Below, one piece after another: positions 63,088 to 64,000 of a stretch of 64,000 nucleotides of DNA. The DNA lies in contig JBKJJJ010000113.1 in assembly GCA_046598045.1 (NCBI GenBank), positions 800 to 64,799 on the forward strand. Direction: 5' to 3'. The stretch is from Candidatus Eiseniibacteriota bacterium (GTDB lineage: Bacteria; Eisenbacteria; RBG-16-71-46; DASYSL01). The notes beneath the pieces are model-generated. The model was not told the DNA's origin. It worked only from the letters and a program-made list of their open reading frames with translations, and searched no databases. The position numbers and the translations under genes were made by a program. The stretch's first letter is position 1; the number at the start of each line of letters is the position of its first letter.

Positions 63088-64000
63088 TCAACCCGTCGCC
63101 AGGATCTCGTACAACGTCGAACGCTGCGCCGGCTCGAATCCCGACTCGCGGATCAGCGTCTTCGTCTCCTCGACCGTGGTCATGTTCACGTGGCCGGTCG
63201 CCTTGTGCACGTTTTCCTCGAACAGCGTGCCGCCGAAGTCGTCGGCGCCGAAGTGCAGCGAGACCTGGCCGGTCTTCTTGCCCTCGGAGAACCACGTCGC
63301 CTGCACGTGGTCGAAGTTGTCGAGGATCAGCCGGCTCGCGGCGAGTGTGCGCAGGTAGCGCGACGGCCCGGCGTTGCGCGCGACCCACTTGCGCAGCGGG
63401 GTGTTGTCGCGCTTGTACGACCAGGGGACGAACGCGGTGAAGCCCGCGTTGCCCTCGGCGTGCGCCTTGTCCTGCAATGCGCGGATCGAGTTCAGGTGCT
63501 CGAGCACGTCCTCGGCGGTCTCGACGTGGCCGTACATCATGGTCGCGGTCGAGCGCAGGCCGATCTCGTGCGCCACGCGGTGCACGTCGAGCCAGGTCTC
63601 GGGCCCGCCCTTCTTGGGCGAGATCTTCTTGCGCACGCGCTCGGACAGGATCTCGGCGTCGCCGCCGGGCAGCGAGACCTGGCCGGCGCCCTTCAAGGCA
63701 GTCAGCACGCCACGAATGTCCAGGCCGGAGACTTCGACCATCTGCTGGATCTCGGGCGCCGAGAAGAAGTGCGGCGTGATGTCCGGGAAGCGCTCACGCA
63801 CCGTGCGCACCAGCCGAGGGTAGAACTCCCACGCGATCGCCGGGTTGAGCCCGCCCTGCAGCAGCACGGTCGTGCAGCCGTATGTGCGCGCGCGGTCGAA
63901 GTGCTCCATGACCTGCTCGAGCGTGAGCGTATAGACGTCCTCGCCGACGTAGGACGGCTTGCGGTAGAACGCGCAGAACGTACAGTCCACCGTGCAGACG
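63088..64000 (-). CDS. Radical SAM menaquinone biosynthesis enzyme, MqnC/MqnE family (cyclic dehypoxanthinyl futalosine synthase or aminofutalosine synthase). The N-terminus lies outside the window.
   Basis: CTVDCTFCAF (CxxxCxxC), TVLLQGGLNP, PHFFSAPEI, LPGGDAEIL, STATMMYGHVET and GFTAFVPWSY. The frame is open to base 64000. Confidence 0.85.
   Translation of the reverse strand, partial: VCTVDCTFCAFYRKPSYVGEDVYTLTLEQVMEHFDRARTYGCTTVLLQGGLNPAIAWEFYPRLVRTVRERFPDITPHFFSAPEIQQMVEVSGLDIRGVLTALKGAGQVSLPGGDAEILSERVRKKISPKKGGPETWLDVHRVAHEIGLRSTATMMYGHVETAEDVLEHLNSIRALQDKAHAEGNAGFTAFVPWSYKRDNTPLRKWVARNAGPSRYLRTLAASRLILDNFDHVQATWFSEGKKTGQVSLHFGADDFGGTLFEENVHKATGHVNMTTVEETKTLIRESGFEPAQRSTLYEILATG

Overview
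The window is a 64-kb stretch of very GC-rich (about 70% by eye) bacterial chromosome. It is almost entirely housekeeping genes, densely packed and mostly on the + strand. The lineage cannot be assigned from sequence alone. The futalosine menaquinone genes, an MglA/MglB pair and secreted proteins with FlgD/T9SS-like C-terminal tails suggest an uncultured non-proteobacterial phylum.

Gene order is strikingly Bacillus-like:
- tRNA-Ala, SRP RNA, dnaX, ebfC, recR
- cinA, thpR, recA, recX, (inserted gene), alaS
- ispE, spoVG, tRNA-Gln, prs, ctc/rplY, pth
- rpsF, ssb, rpsR, yybS-like, rplI
- smc, (inserted gene), ftsY

Other blocks:
- mglB-mglA-pgpA
- an rmlA-rmlD-gmhA-UbiA envelope-sugar cluster
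- a livJHMGF ABC transporter
- a double-amidase lipoprotein
- an aroH-tyrA fusion
- selA
- queG, a LON-domain protein and an FHA-GAF-PP2C phosphatase
- mqnD and a radical-SAM mqnC/E gene cut by the window end

I found no CRISPR array, transposase, integrase or rRNA. Many long ORFs in the six-frame track are antisense or shadow ORFs typical of high-GC DNA and were not called.

The most interesting signals are non-coding or small:
1. A roughly 340-380 nt hairpin-dense leader upstream of mqnD. It ends in an intrinsic terminator that also sequesters the ribosome-binding site.
2. A candidate Tyr-rich leader peptide plus alternative-hairpin attenuator upstream of aroH-tyrA.
3. A roughly 390-bp array of long perfect palindromes and a 223-bp-period direct repeat. 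It lies inside a lower-GC insertion that splits the mqn genes, together with two paralogous small membrane proteins and a Cys-rich secreted protein coupled to yjbQ.
4. A low-GC two-gene cassette: a small ORF overlapping a dCTP-deaminase-family gene.
5. Several orphan low-GC genes wedged into otherwise conserved gene pairs.

All functional calls come from motif recognition by eye. No database search was run.
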